From the NCBI GenBank assembly GCA_965202985.1, contig CBDBCF010000001.1, positions 768,001 through 832,000 on the forward strand: DNA of 64,000 nucleotides, read 5' to 3'. The notes under the pieces were generated by a model. The model saw only the letters and a list, made by a program, of their open reading frames with translations. It was not told the DNA's origin and ran no database searches. The first letter of the stretch is position 1. Each line of letters opens with the position of its first letter. The stretch comes from Longimicrobiales bacterium. Its GTDB lineage: Bacteria; Gemmatimonadota; Gemmatimonadetes; Longimicrobiales; Gaopeijiaceae. The position numbers were made by a program, and so were the translations under genes. Of the stretch, positions 1 through 9,814 are shown one piece after another.

Positions 1-1125
1 CCTCTGTCGTGCGTCGCGTCGGGCCAGCCCCAAGAATTCGCCCGCCCATACGTTGCTCTCGGGATCAATCAGCAGGCTCTGGTAGGCCGGCCGCCTCTCC
101 GGGACCGGCAGGCTCCCGACGATCTCCTTGACGACGCCGCTCGGCCTGGGACCCAGGCGGGCCTCGAGTTCGCGGTCGGCTTCCCGCGCCGAGACAGCCA
201 GCGAGACGCCGAGGATTCGCGCGATCGCGACAGTCTTGCCGGTCGTCGCGTCCACTCTGGCGAACTCCAGGTCGTCCGCCGTGCCGACGAGAACTTGGTC
301 GTCGCGGGCGGGAACGAAATGGGTTCGTCGACCCAGGAGGGGAATGGCGTCGGCCCAAGTGTGAACAAATGTTTCGTCTCCCTTTGCCGCAAGGATGGTG
401 TCGACCCGGGCGAACTGCTCGGAGAGCCGCACCAAGTGCACGACTGGGCGATGGAGTCCTCCGGGCCACTCGGAGAGCGCGACAGGCGGCTCCGCCCTGC
501 CCCATATCTCGCCTCGTCCCGTCGCAACGGGATGGCGAGTCGGGAAGACGCCGTCGGGCAATCGGAACGTCTCCAACAGCCCAGCCTCCGTGTCGAATAC
601 GGCCCCCCGAGCGCCAGGGTCGAAGTCGACGGCGGCGACTCGTCCGTCTCCAAGAGCGACAAGCCTTCCAAGAGCTCGGAACTCGCCGGGACCGTCGCCG
701 GGGCCACCCAGGGATCGGAGGAGCGACCCGTCCTCGTCGTAGACGCGAAGCTGCTGCGATCCTCCGTCGGCGACGACGAGCCGACCGTTGGCCAAACGCA
801 GGATGTCCCTGACGCGGTGAAACTCGTAGGGGCTCCCGTCGCCCGCATCCGAAATGTCTACGATCGGCGCATCGGAAATGCGCCAGGCCTCGCCTTCCTC
901 CCACAGCGGGGCCGACGACTCGACGATCTCGACGCCGGCGCTGTCCCTCGACGCCGCTTGCCGCCTCGCATCGGTCCGCTGGTCAAGGACGGATGTCGCG
1001 GCAGGGCTCCGGAAATCCATGACGTGTACGGAGGCCACCGCAATCGCGGCCAGCGCGACCACTACGATCAACGTGGCGACTACGGCGGTGCGGCCACGAG
1101 CGACTGGTCTGCTCTTCGCTTCCAT
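1..1125 (-). CDS. 6-bladed beta-propeller (NHL-like) protein, runs off window start
   Basis: Read by hand; absent from the ORF track because there is no stop in the window. MEAKSRPVARGRTAVVATLIVVVALAAIAV (TM anchor)...RDSAGVEIVES...LVVADGGSQQLRVYD...LGGPGDGPGEF; ATG at 1125. Confidence 0.8.
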   Translation of the reverse strand, partial: MEAKSRPVARGRTAVVATLIVVVALAAIAVASVHVMDFRSPAATSVLDQRTDARRQAASRDSAGVEIVESSAPLWEEGEAWRISDAPIVDISDAGDGSPYEFHRVRDILRLANGRLVVADGGSQQLRVYDEDGSLLRSLGGPGDGPGEFRALGRLVALGDGRVAAVDFDPGARGAVFDTEAGLLETFRLPDGVFPTRHPVATGRGEIWGRAEPPVALSEWPGGLHRPVVHLVRLSEQFARVDTILAAKGDETFVHTWADAIPLLGRRTHFVPARDDQVLVGTADDLEFARVDATTGKTVAIARILGVSLAVSAREADRELEARLGPRPSGVVKEIVGSLPVPERRPAYQSLLIDPESNVWAGEFLGLARRDARQR

Positions 1126-1139
1126 TCGAGTATCGGCGG

Positions 1140-2495
1140 TTAGTCGCCTGGACTTTCGCTGGAAGATTTGGGCCGGCTGCTCCACTGCCCGAGTACCGTC
1201 ATGAGCCCTCGCACTACGACGTTGACGCACTTCTTGAGTTCGTCGAGGTCGTCGCCGGCGTGGACAGTTTCGATCCGCTGCTCGGGCCTTAGATTGTGAC
1301 CATAGAGGTCAAATCTCCACTTGCCATCTTCTGTGCGTTCCATTGTCAAATCCAAACTTTGTCCGCTTGCACGAAAGTCGATTAGCTGAGCCATAGCTTC
1401 CATTCGCAAAGACAGCGCGTCCCGAGGAAAATCGCCTGTTTCGCCAGTGAAGGGCAAGCGTGTGCCTTGTGGCTTTCCGTCGCGTCCAACGGTGACTAGC
1501 TGTCCGAAGATATCACTGGTAGCGAAGAACGTCGCCAGCGACTCCGCTTTCTCTTGGAAGTAGCTGTACAAGGGCAGCATCACATTCGCAACAAGCGACC
1601 GTGCCTGAACCAAGTCGCCCTCGCCTGGAGCCGCAACGATCGAGCGCTTGAAGACGGCGATCTCGCGGTCGATGTCGTCGGGTTCTTCGATGGATTCCCC
1701 GCGGGCGGCGCGCAAGTGCAGCTCCAGGCTGTACCGGCAGCACTTGGCGACGTACCGAATGAACCCGGCCAGGTCTCCCGTCGTCTGCGCCTGCTCGATC
1801 TCGGCGATGTATCGGTCTCGGCCGTCTCGCTGGACCATGGCGATGGTGTATCCATGCCTCATCAAGATCAAGTTCATCAGCAGGCGCGCCATTCGGCCGT
1901 TCCCGTCGTCGAAGGGATGAATCTGGACGAAGCGGTAGTGGAACGTGGCCGCAATGACGATGGGGTGTTCGCCTTCGGCCTCCTTGGCCCGACACCAGTC
2001 GATCAAGTCGCCCATGAGAGGCTGGACCTGTTCCGGCGGCGCGAAGTAGTGCATCTCGCCCGTCCGCGTCCGCACGTTGTTGGGCGTCTTCTTGTACTGC
2101 CCGACGGCGATGGGCCGCATTGCGCGTTGCCCGTCGGGAGCTTCGGCGGGCATCTCGTAGGGCTCCCTCAGGAGGACTTTGTGCAGGTTGCGAACGAAGG
2201 CTTGGTTGAGCGCGTCGTCCTCTCCGACCGCTTCCTCCACCGCCTTCACGGCGTCGTCGTGGCCCTCGATGTCCAGGTGATCCCGCATCGGCTTGCCGCG
2301 AGCGGTGAGGCCGTGGAGGATCAGCGTTCGCGTCTCGCCCAGGGTCAGCGCGTTTCCCTCAATGGCGTTGGAGTGGTAGTTCCACTCGATCCGCAACTTC
2401 TGCGTCAAGCGGCCGACGGCGTCCGACGACAGGGGACGAAGGTCGTCCAGTTCGGCCTTCAGCCGGTCGATCCGGGCAATGGTGTCGGGTGCCAC
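1140..2495 (-). CDS. Fic family protein with C-terminal extension
   Basis: Fic motif HPFDDGNGRMAR; N-terminal inhibitory helix motif SNAIEG (class II Fic). Confidence 0.93.
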   Translation of the reverse strand: MAPDTIARIDRLKAELDDLRPLSSDAVGRLTQKLRIEWNYHSNAIEGNALTLGETRTLILHGLTARGKPMRDHLDIEGHDDAVKAVEEAVGEDDALNQAFVRNLHKVLLREPYEMPAEAPDGQRAMRPIAVGQYKKTPNNVRTRTGEMHYFAPPEQVQPLMGDLIDWCRAKEAEGEHPIVIAATFHYRFVQIHPFDDGNGRMARLLMNLILMRHGYTIAMVQRDGRDRYIAEIEQAQTTGDLAGFIRYVAKCCRYSLELHLRAARGESIEEPDDIDREIAVFKRSIVAAPGEGDLVQARSLVANVMLPLYSYFQEKAESLATFFATSDIFGQLVTVGRDGKPQGTRLPFTGETGDFPRDALSLRMEAMAQLIDFRASGQSLDLTMERTEDGKWRFDLYGHNLRPEQRIETVHAGDDLDELKKCVNVVVRGLMTVLGQWSSRPKSSSESPGD

Positions 2496-2526
2496 TGCGG
2501 GCTTTCGTCGAGGGAAGCGAGAAGGC

Positions 2527-4512
2527 TCAATATGCGTCCGCCCGCGGTCTTGTCCAGCCTTGTGCGTCGCGCTGAAGCACCGCGGCCGACGCCATCATGA
2601 AGAGCAGCGAGTCGGCGGCGGGACGGTCCGCGGCGGGCAGCTTCGGCAGGCGATCCAGGAACCGAACCACGGCGGCTTGGTCGAAGAACGGCACGGAGGC
2701 CATGTCGGCGCCTCGCAGCACGTCTTGGAGGAAATCGTGGAGGGGGTCGTTCGCGGGCGCTTTGGCGACGGCGGGAGGGGCCCAGAACGGGCGCTTTTGC
2801 CGGTCGCGCACGGCGGTCGGCAGGTAGGGACGCGCCGCTCGGCGGAGGAGGAGCTTCTCCTGGGGGCCGTCGACCAGCAGGGGCAGGGAAAGCTGGTTGG
2901 CGTACTCGAAGAGGCGGTGGTCCAGGAACGGCAGGCGGACCTCCACGCCGTGGGCCATGTCCAGCCGGTCGGCGGCCAAGTGGTAGTTGGCGAACAGAGA
3001 GTGGAGCCACAGGTACAGTAGCTGGCGGGCTGGCTCGCGCTTGGACAGGTCGGCGGCGCGGTCGCAGCGCTGGTAGTAGCTCCGGTAGGGGTCGTAGCGG
3101 TCGAACTCGGCCAGGAAGTCGGGGGAACATACGGCGCGCAGGTGCGCTAGGCCCCGGGCCAAGCGGGCGAAGAGGGAGGGGCCGGCGCCCATGACGGTGG
3201 CGATGCGGGCCAGCCAGGGCGAGACGGACGCCAAGCCGGGGTAGCGGCGGGCGGGAGAGCGGAGGAGGCGGGGGAGGAGGCGCAGCCGGTTCCAAAGGCG
3301 GGGACCGGACGAAGCCCGCGCGGCGGCTCGCAGGAACTCGTAGCCGAAGAAGGCTTCGTCGGCGCCCTCGCCGGCCAGGACGGCCTTGTAGCCAGCGGCT
3401 CGGACGCTGCTCGCCAACAGGAAGCGGGCGACGCCGTGGGCGTTGTACTGCAGGGTCTCGACGTGGCGAACGGCGGCGGTGAAGTGGTCGGCCAGGTCGG
3501 CGCTGGACAGGGTGCAGACGGCGTGCTCGGCGCGGGCGGCTTGGGCCATCTGGCGGGCGCCCCGGCTCTCGTCGTAGTTGGCGTTCTCGAAGCCCACGGT
3601 GAACGCGGCCACGGGGGTCGTCGCGCCGGCGGCGGCCACGCCCAGCACTGCCGACGAATCCAAGCCGCCGCTGAGCAGGCATCCCACGGGCACGTCCGCG
3701 TCGGTTCGGAGTCGCACGGACTCTTCCAACAGTTCGCGGACGCGGAGCGCAGGGGTTGGGGAGGCGGGGGCGCGAGATGCACGGTCTCGAGCCGCAGGGC
3801 CTTGGGCCGCGGGACCTTGCGACCGGCTGGGCGTCCCTTTGGCCGTAGCCGGCAGGTCCCACCAGCGCGACACGCGAACGCCGGCGTTGGTGGCCACCAG
3901 GAAGTGGCCGGGCGGCAGTTGGCGGATGTCCGCGAAGAGCGAACGGCGTTCGTCGGGGCAGGCGTGGAGGGCGTGGAAGGCGGCTTGGGAGTCCCAGGCC
4001 TTGGGGACGCCGGCAGCGAAGAGGGCCTTGGCTTCGGAGGCCAGGTAGAGGGCGTCCGGGCGGCGGCAGTAGAACAGCGGCTTGAGGCCGAAGCGGTCGC
4101 GGGCGGCGAAGAGGGCGGCGCGCTGTTCGTCCCAGACGACGAAGGCGAACTGGCCCCGAAGGCGGTCCAGGCACGACGGTCCCAGGTCTTCGTAGAGGTG
4201 GAGGGCGATTTCGCTGTCCGAACGCGTGCGGAAGCGGTGGCCCCGGCGCTCCAGGGACGCACGGGCGGCGCGGAAATCGTAGAATTCGCCGTTTGCGGCC
4301 AAGTGGAAGCGGCCGTCCTCGTTGGCCAGGGGCTGGGCGCCCTCCGGGTCGTTGATCGCCAGGCGGGCGTGGCCCAGGGCGGCTCGACCCGATGGCGAGA
4401 GCCAAGTCCGCCGGCCGTCGGGTCCGCGGTGGGCCAGGGCGGCCGTGGCGCGTTCCACGGCGGGGCGCGAGACGGGACCGTCCCAGGAGCGGATGGCAAC
4501 GACGCCGCACAT
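2527..4512 (-). CDS. asnB: Asparagine synthase (glutamine-hydrolysing)-like amidotransferase
   Basis: MCGVVA with Cys2, HRGPD, GHARLAIND, RDRFGLKPLFY, LSGGLDSS, GEGADE, EVRLPFLD; C-terminal part of ORF 2527..5964. Confidence 0.93.
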   Translation of the reverse strand: MCGVVAIRSWDGPVSRPAVERATAALAHRGPDGRRTWLSPSGRAALGHARLAINDPEGAQPLANEDGRFHLAANGEFYDFRAARASLERRGHRFRTRSDSEIALHLYEDLGPSCLDRLRGQFAFVVWDEQRAALFAARDRFGLKPLFYCRRPDALYLASEAKALFAAGVPKAWDSQAAFHALHACPDERRSLFADIRQLPPGHFLVATNAGVRVSRWWDLPATAKGTPSRSQGPAAQGPAARDRASRAPASPTPALRVRELLEESVRLRTDADVPVGCLLSGGLDSSAVLGVAAAGATTPVAAFTVGFENANYDESRGARQMAQAARAEHAVCTLSSADLADHFTAAVRHVETLQYNAHGVARFLLASSVRAAGYKAVLAGEGADEAFFGYEFLRAAARASSGPRLWNRLRLLPRLLRSPARRYPGLASVSPWLARIATVMGAGPSLFARLARGLAHLRAVCSPDFLAEFDRYDPYRSYYQRCDRAADLSKREPARQLLYLWLHSLFANYHLAADRLDMAHGVEVRLPFLDHRLFEYANQLSLPLLVDGPQEKLLLRRAARPYLPTAVRDRQKRPFWAPPAVAKAPANDPLHDFLQDVLRGADMASVPFFDQAAVVRFLDRLPKLPAADRPAADSLLFMMASAAVLQRDAQGWTRPRADAY

Positions 4513-4526
4513 GTGTTCGCCGTCCC

Positions 4527-6164
4527 TTACTGGCGCTGGGCGCCGGGGGGAAGCGACGCGGGACCCACGACGGCCTTGCCGTTCCGGTAGGCGAAGCGCA
4601 TGAGGAAGCTGCGTTCGGGGCGGGTCAGATCCAGGTTGTCGGCGGTGACGCGCTGCACGACGGCGTGGACCTCCAAGTCGCCCGACTCTTCGCGGTGGAG
4701 GCGCGCAAAGCGTTCGGCGTGGCGGACCAGAAGCGACCTGCGGACGGCGGCCAAGGCGCGGTCGTCCAGTTGCAGCCACACGTTCCCGAGCAGGTAGGAC
4801 TGGAGCAGGAGGTAGCGCATGCCGTCCGGGAAGAGGGAGCGGGCGGCAGCCGGGGCCGGCGAGGTCGAGGTCTGGGCGACCGGCGGGGCGGCGGGCGGCG
4901 CGGCGGGCGGCGCGGAAGGTTGGGCAAGGCGGCGCAGTTCGTAGCGGACGTGGTAGTTGCGGTCGTCGACCCAGTCGAACAGCCGGTAGCTCTGGAAGAT
5001 GCCGACCAGCCACAGGACCGGACACACGGGATTGCTCCAGGCGCCGGCGGCGTAGGGTCTGCCCAGGCGTCTCCGCGTGCGGACGGCCTCCCAGGCGAAC
5101 ATGAGGACGAGGGCCGCGATCAGCGCGAGTGCGGCGAACTCCGTGGGCGAGGGCGGAGGGGCGGCGGCGACCGGGACGACGGGGAATGGGCCGGGGTCGA
5201 GAAGTGGGACAGCGGCGGCGAGGGCGGCCAGCCCCGTGATCTCGGGCCCGAAGGGGACGGCGAGGGCGGCCAGCATGAGCAGGTTCGAGTAGGGGATCTT
5301 GAGGGTCGCGACGATGCCCAGGTGGAAGACCGCGGCGCACGCGCCCAGCGCCCACTTGGCGGGCGAGCCGTCGGGCAGGACGAAGATCAGCACGAACAGG
5401 GGCTCCAGGACCAGGGCGGCCCACGTGACCAAGCGCAACGTCCAGCGGTGGCGCAACGTCCAGAACTCGGGCGCGCGCGACACCGGCATCTTGAGGGCCG
5501 CGTGCATTGCCGAACCGTTCCGCCACATCGGGCTGGTGAATTTGTACAGCCCGGCCACCAGGTAGACCAACGCCATGTTGGCCAGGAACGCGCGGGGCGC
5601 GATGCCCGGCACGGTTGCGGCAAGCCAATCCGCGGGAAGTGCCAACGAGTCTCCTGCGACGCCGGCGGTGGGGGGCGCGGGCGCAAACAGGTTCGGCAGG
5701 GCCAGCGTGCTCCCGACCGGCAGCAGCACCAGCCAAAGGCAGACGACGTGAACGATCGCGTCGTCCAGGTAGGCGGCCAGGACGTTCCATCTGTAGGTGG
5801 ACGCGGCGACCAGAAACAGGTAGGCGGCGGACGCCCTTGGGTGGAACCCGGCCACTACGCACAGCGACGCCGCGCATGCGCCCACGTGGGCCAAGCGGAA
5901 GACGCTCCCGGGCATCCCCGGCTGGAAGAGGCTCCATCGCGTGGGTGGAAGCAGCTTGGCGCACAGGCCGTGGTCGATCAGGCCGTCGGGGTCGGTGAAG
6001 TCGCGGCCCTGGCGCAGCGTCCGGAGGAAGTAGACGAAGAGGACGGCGCCCGCGAACACTCGGAAGACGTCCAGCGGCAAGGCGTGGACGGGGGCGGCCA
6101 AGGTTTGGTCGAGGTGCGCCCAGGTCGCTTGGAGGTGCGCCCAGGCTTCGGAGAGTTGCGCCAA
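4527..6164 (-). CDS. HTTM-domain-like polytopic membrane protein
   Basis: Many TM segments; LVYLVAGLYKFTSPMWRNGSAM and FHLGIVATLKI resemble HTTM/VKGC-type motifs; start (TTG 6164) approximate. Confidence 0.65.
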   Translation of the reverse strand: MAQLSEAWAHLQATWAHLDQTLAAPVHALPLDVFRVFAGAVLFVYFLRTLRQGRDFTDPDGLIDHGLCAKLLPPTRWSLFQPGMPGSVFRLAHVGACAASLCVVAGFHPRASAAYLFLVAASTYRWNVLAAYLDDAIVHVVCLWLVLLPVGSTLALPNLFAPAPPTAGVAGDSLALPADWLAATVPGIAPRAFLANMALVYLVAGLYKFTSPMWRNGSAMHAALKMPVSRAPEFWTLRHRWTLRLVTWAALVLEPLFVLIFVLPDGSPAKWALGACAAVFHLGIVATLKIPYSNLLMLAALAVPFGPEITGLAALAAAVPLLDPGPFPVVPVAAAPPPSPTEFAALALIAALVLMFAWEAVRTRRRLGRPYAAGAWSNPVCPVLWLVGIFQSYRLFDWVDDRNYHVRYELRRLAQPSAPPAAPPAAPPVAQTSTSPAPAAARSLFPDGMRYLLLQSYLLGNVWLQLDDRALAAVRRSLLVRHAERFARLHREESGDLEVHAVVQRVTADNLDLTRPERSFLMRFAYRNGKAVVGPASLPPGAQRQ

Positions 6165-6171
6165 GGCCCGT

Positions 6172-7371
6172 CTACGAGGGCGACGCGGGGTTGCGGCTGC
6201 GGCCCAGCAGGCCGGCGCGGGCCATCTCGTCCAGGGCGGCGGCCGGGGATCGTGCGCGACCGGGCCGCGAGTCCGTCGTTGCCGGATGGGAGCGCACCCA
6301 ACGGACGAACTCGCGCAGGCCCTTCTGGAGGGGCGTCGAGGGGCGCCAGTCCAGGACGGGCGCGTCGGGCTGGGACGAGGGCGCATCGGGTTCGGGCGCG
6401 GCCCAGGCGTGGCGCACGTCGCCCATGCGGAACTCGCCCGTGACGACGGCGGCGTCCGCGGGGGCGTCCAGCTCGCGCCGCAACAGCTCCGCCACATCGG
6501 CGATGGTGGTGCGAACTCCGCTTCCCACGTCCAGGGTTGCCGAACCCCCGGGCGGCGTCCGCCGAACGGCTTCGGCGAGGGCCTCGGTCACGTCGTCCAC
6601 GTACACGAAGTCGCGGCTGGCCAAGCCGTCCTCGAAGAGCCGGACCGGTTCGCCGCGCAGCATCTGGGCCGAAAAGATCGACAGGATGCCCGTGTAGGGG
6701 TTCAGCAGCGACTGGCCGGGGCCATAGACGTTCTGCAAGCGGAGGACTGTCGTCGTCACACCGGCGGGGGGCAGCGCGGCGTGCAGCAGATGCTCCTGCG
6801 CCAGCTTGGCGGCGCCGTAAACGGACGACGGGGCCGGGCGCGTCCACGACGCGTCGGCAGCCATCGGTTCCAGGGAATCGCCCTTGGGACCCCGCGGCTC
6901 CCACCGGCCTTGGTCCAGGTCCGCGCGACGGCGGGGACCGGGGTATACGACCTCGCCGTCGCCTTCCCGGACACGGTACGGGCCTTCGCCGTAGACGGCC
7001 CGCGACGACGCCAGCACCACCCGTCGCGGTTGGAGCGTCCGCGCCACCACCAAGTCGCACAATACGGCCGTGCCGCCCGCGTTCTCGTCCACATAGCGCC
7101 GCGTCCTGTACATCGACTCCCCGGTGCCCGTTGCCGCGGCCAGGTGCACAACCACATCCGCACCGCTCTCGCCCGCGGCCCGCCAAGCATCCGGGTCCCG
7201 CACGTCGCCCCGAACAAAGCGGGCGCCGCCCAGGTCCGGGTCGGGCGCGTCTTCCCCGTGGACCCGCGCCAGCATCGCGTCCAGCACCGCCACCTCCGCC
7301 CCCTCGGACCGAAGGCGCGCCACCAGCCGCCGCCCGATGAACCCCGCGCCCCCGGTGACGAGAACCCTCAC
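6172..7371 (-). CDS. NAD-dependent epimerase/dehydratase (NDP-sugar)
   Basis: VLVTGGAGFIG, SSRAVYG, YGAAK, RLQNVYGPG. Confidence 0.92.
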   Translation of the reverse strand: MRVLVTGGAGFIGRRLVARLRSEGAEVAVLDAMLARVHGEDAPDPDLGGARFVRGDVRDPDAWRAAGESGADVVVHLAAATGTGESMYRTRRYVDENAGGTAVLCDLVVARTLQPRRVVLASSRAVYGEGPYRVREGDGEVVYPGPRRRADLDQGRWEPRGPKGDSLEPMAADASWTRPAPSSVYGAAKLAQEHLLHAALPPAGVTTTVLRLQNVYGPGQSLLNPYTGILSIFSAQMLRGEPVRLFEDGLASRDFVYVDDVTEALAEAVRRTPPGGSATLDVGSGVRTTIADVAELLRRELDAPADAAVVTGEFRMGDVRHAWAAPEPDAPSSQPDAPVLDWRPSTPLQKGLREFVRWVRSHPATTDSRPGRARSPAAALDEMARAGLLGRSRNPASPS

Positions 7372-7384
7372 GCGACGAGGACCT

Positions 7385-8626
7385 TCACGCCGTCCACGGA
7401 ACCGCCTCGCCGCGAGCAGCCAGCGCGTCTCGGAACACGGTCCGCAAGCGCTCCGCCTGGGCATCCCGATGAAAGCGAGCAGTCACCGTCGCCCGGCCGG
7501 CCTTCCCCTCCCGACGCGCGCGTGCCGGGTCCTCGCCGTAGGCCCGAACCGCCTTCAACAACGCGCCCGAGTCGCCCGGCGGCACGAAGACGCCCGCGCC
7601 CGCGTCCTCCACCACCTTGCGCACGACACCGTCGATAGCCAGCAGGACCGGACGGCCCGCCGCCATGTAGTCGAACACCTTGTTGGGGTAGGTCGTGGCG
7701 AACAGCGGCAGGGGCTTGAGGATCGCCACGCACAAGTCGGCCGCCGCCAGCAGCCCCGGCACCTCGGACTTGGGCCGGGGACCCAGGAAACGGACGTTCT
7801 CCAGGCCCCGCTCTCGGGCCAAGTGCCGCAGGCGGTCCGAGTCGCGGCCCGCGCCCGCGAAGGCGAAGAGCTCGTTGCCCGGCCCGGCGGCCGCGGCCGC
7901 GTCCAGCACCACTTCCAGGTCGTTGGGCACGCCGTGGGCGCCGGCGTAGAGAACGACGAACCGGCCCTCCCAGCCCAACTTCCGCCGCCACGCTCGGCGA
8001 TCCCGGTCCGCCCGCAGGAAGGGGGCGGGGTCGGCACCGTTGGCCACCAGCGTCACCGCGCGGGCGCCCTCTGCCCGAACGTGGTCCTCGAACCCCGGCG
8101 AGTTGACCACGACCGTCGCGGCCCGCCGGTACAGGAACCGCTCCATGGCCTTGGCGGCCCGGACTGCGGCGCGGTTGCGGAGCACCCCCAGCGCCACGGC
8201 AAAGTCCGGCCACAAGTCCCGCACCTCCAGAACGAAGGGCGCCCCCTTCAGCCGGGCGAGAAGCCACGCGGACGGCGCCTGAAAGATCGGGGGCGTCGTG
8301 CCCCATACCACGTCCACGTTGCGCACGCGAAGCCCTGCAAGGAAGGAAGACGCGGCGAACGCCACGAAGCCGGCCACGCGGGCCGCGAACGACGAGCGCA
8401 GGCGGGTCGCGAACGACGGCGCCCAAGGTCGCACTACTGCGATACCGGGCGGGGGCTTCGGGCCGCTCGCCGCGGGGGTCGGGGCGCCGGACATGTAGTT
8501 GGACCCTCCGGCCACGACGGTGACGCGGTCGCCCTTCGCCGCCAAGCGCGACGCCAGCTCCCAGTGGCGGGTGCCGCCGGCCTCGCTTCCGGTGGCAAAC
8601 AGCTGGTGGATCAGGAGGACGTGCAC
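7385..8626 (-). CDS. Glycosyltransferase family 4 (WbuB-like)
   Basis: EVRDLWPD, YAGAHGVPN, PNKVFDYMAAGRP; GTG start 8626. Confidence 0.9.
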   Translation of the reverse strand: MHVLLIHQLFATGSEAGGTRHWELASRLAAKGDRVTVVAGGSNYMSGAPTPAASGPKPPPGIAVVRPWAPSFATRLRSSFAARVAGFVAFAASSFLAGLRVRNVDVVWGTTPPIFQAPSAWLLARLKGAPFVLEVRDLWPDFAVALGVLRNRAAVRAAKAMERFLYRRAATVVVNSPGFEDHVRAEGARAVTLVANGADPAPFLRADRDRRAWRRKLGWEGRFVVLYAGAHGVPNDLEVVLDAAAAAGPGNELFAFAGAGRDSDRLRHLARERGLENVRFLGPRPKSEVPGLLAAADLCVAILKPLPLFATTYPNKVFDYMAAGRPVLLAIDGVVRKVVEDAGAGVFVPPGDSGALLKAVRAYGEDPARARREGKAGRATVTARFHRDAQAERLRTVFRDALAARGEAVPWTA

Positions 8627-8649
8627 GGGTCTCGAAGGTTCGGCGGCGC

Positions 8650-9633
8650 TCAGTAGTGCGCCAGCTTGAAGACGGCCTTGCGGGCCACGGCTCGGGTCTT
8701 GTGGATGCGGTTGCGCTGGTAGGCGTCCCAGCGGTCGGCGGTCCGTCGGAAGGCGTCTCCGCCCGCCAGCCGATGCTGGACTCGCAACTGGACTACGTGG
8801 AGCGCGTGGTAGAAGGGACTGGCCGGGTTCCGCAGCCGGCCGCCGGGCAGGTCGTACATCGACCAGTAGCCCATGTCGAACCGGGGCAGGCACGCTTGCA
8901 GGGTTTCGTTGCCCTGGTCGAAGAGCGCGCGGGCTTGGTCGTCTCCGGCGTGGACGGCCAAGTCGTAGAGCCCCCACGACGCCCAGAGGAAGCCGTTCAG
9001 GATGTGGGTCGGCGGGTTCACCACGGTCTCTTCGAACCAGACCCGGCCTTCGGCGTCCCAGTGGCTGACGCCGCCTTCCGCCAGTGGCTTGCGAAAGGAC
9101 CGGGCGGCGTCGCGCGCGGCGTCCAGATAGTGCGCCGAGCCGGTGTGCGCGTGGGCCCGCACCAGGAGCGACACGCCCTGCCCCTGCGACAGCGCCGAGT
9201 ACCAGGGCGCCTTGAGCGGGGTCCGGTACTCCCAGTCGAAGTGGTGGTTCCAGACCGCCAGGCCGGCGGGGTTCGGCTCCAGGTTCTCGACCAGCCAGTC
9301 CGCGGCCAGCATGAACTTGCGTCGCGCCTCCGCCCCGGCGGCGGAACGGAAGGCGTTGTAGTTGCCCAAGCCGTACTGGGCCACGGCGATCGGGTTGTAC
9401 TGGAGCCCCACGTGACCGTGGTAGTCCAGCATCGGCACGCCCCGCGCGTCGAAGGGGCCGGGATAGCGCGCCTTGGCGTGGAACCGCTGCCAGTACTGGT
9501 CCACCATCCCCGGCTCGGCCTGTTCGTTGAGCTCCGGCGCGCCGTGCCAGAAGGTGAGGTGGCTGGCGCGACGGCCCGAGTAGGCGGAGAAGATGCGCCT
9601 CCAGTATCGCAACCGGGCCAGGGCTCGGGTCAC
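8650..9633 (-). CDS. D-glucuronyl C5-epimerase family protein
   Basis: YNPIAVAQYGL, WYSALSQGQGVSLLVRA, HILNGFLWASWGLYD, WSMYDL, YHALHVVQL match the C5-epimerase C-terminal domain; start approximate. Confidence 0.88.
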   Translation of the reverse strand: MTRALARLRYWRRIFSAYSGRRASHLTFWHGAPELNEQAEPGMVDQYWQRFHAKARYPGPFDARGVPMLDYHGHVGLQYNPIAVAQYGLGNYNAFRSAAGAEARRKFMLAADWLVENLEPNPAGLAVWNHHFDWEYRTPLKAPWYSALSQGQGVSLLVRAHAHTGSAHYLDAARDAARSFRKPLAEGGVSHWDAEGRVWFEETVVNPPTHILNGFLWASWGLYDLAVHAGDDQARALFDQGNETLQACLPRFDMGYWSMYDLPGGRLRNPASPFYHALHVVQLRVQHRLAGGDAFRRTADRWDAYQRNRIHKTRAVARKAVFKLAHY

Positions 9634-9708
9634 GAAGGGCGCAAGGGGTTCCGGGTCGGGTTGTTGGTCACGTGGAAAGGGCGACGGGGAACCTTTTGAC
9701 GGTCTTGG

Positions 9709-9717
9709 AGTATAACA
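9709..9717 (-). promoter_or_regulatory. Extended -10 element (TGnTATACT) upstream of the C5-epimerase gene
   Basis: Minus strand reads TGTTATACT in a locally AT-richer intergenic stretch about 75 bp before the start. Confidence 0.5.
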
Positions 9718-9814
9718 GGTGTTGGCCCCACCACATCCAAGCAAGAAGCCTCAATATGAAGAGCGACATCTTCTCCACGGTCCACTTGGCTGCAGAACCT
9801 CGGGCGCTAGTCGT

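Noticed and set aside
2527..4512. AsnB as a lasso-peptide cyclase
   Set aside because: Intact Cys2 glutaminase domain; no precursor, peptidase or RRE gene nearby.
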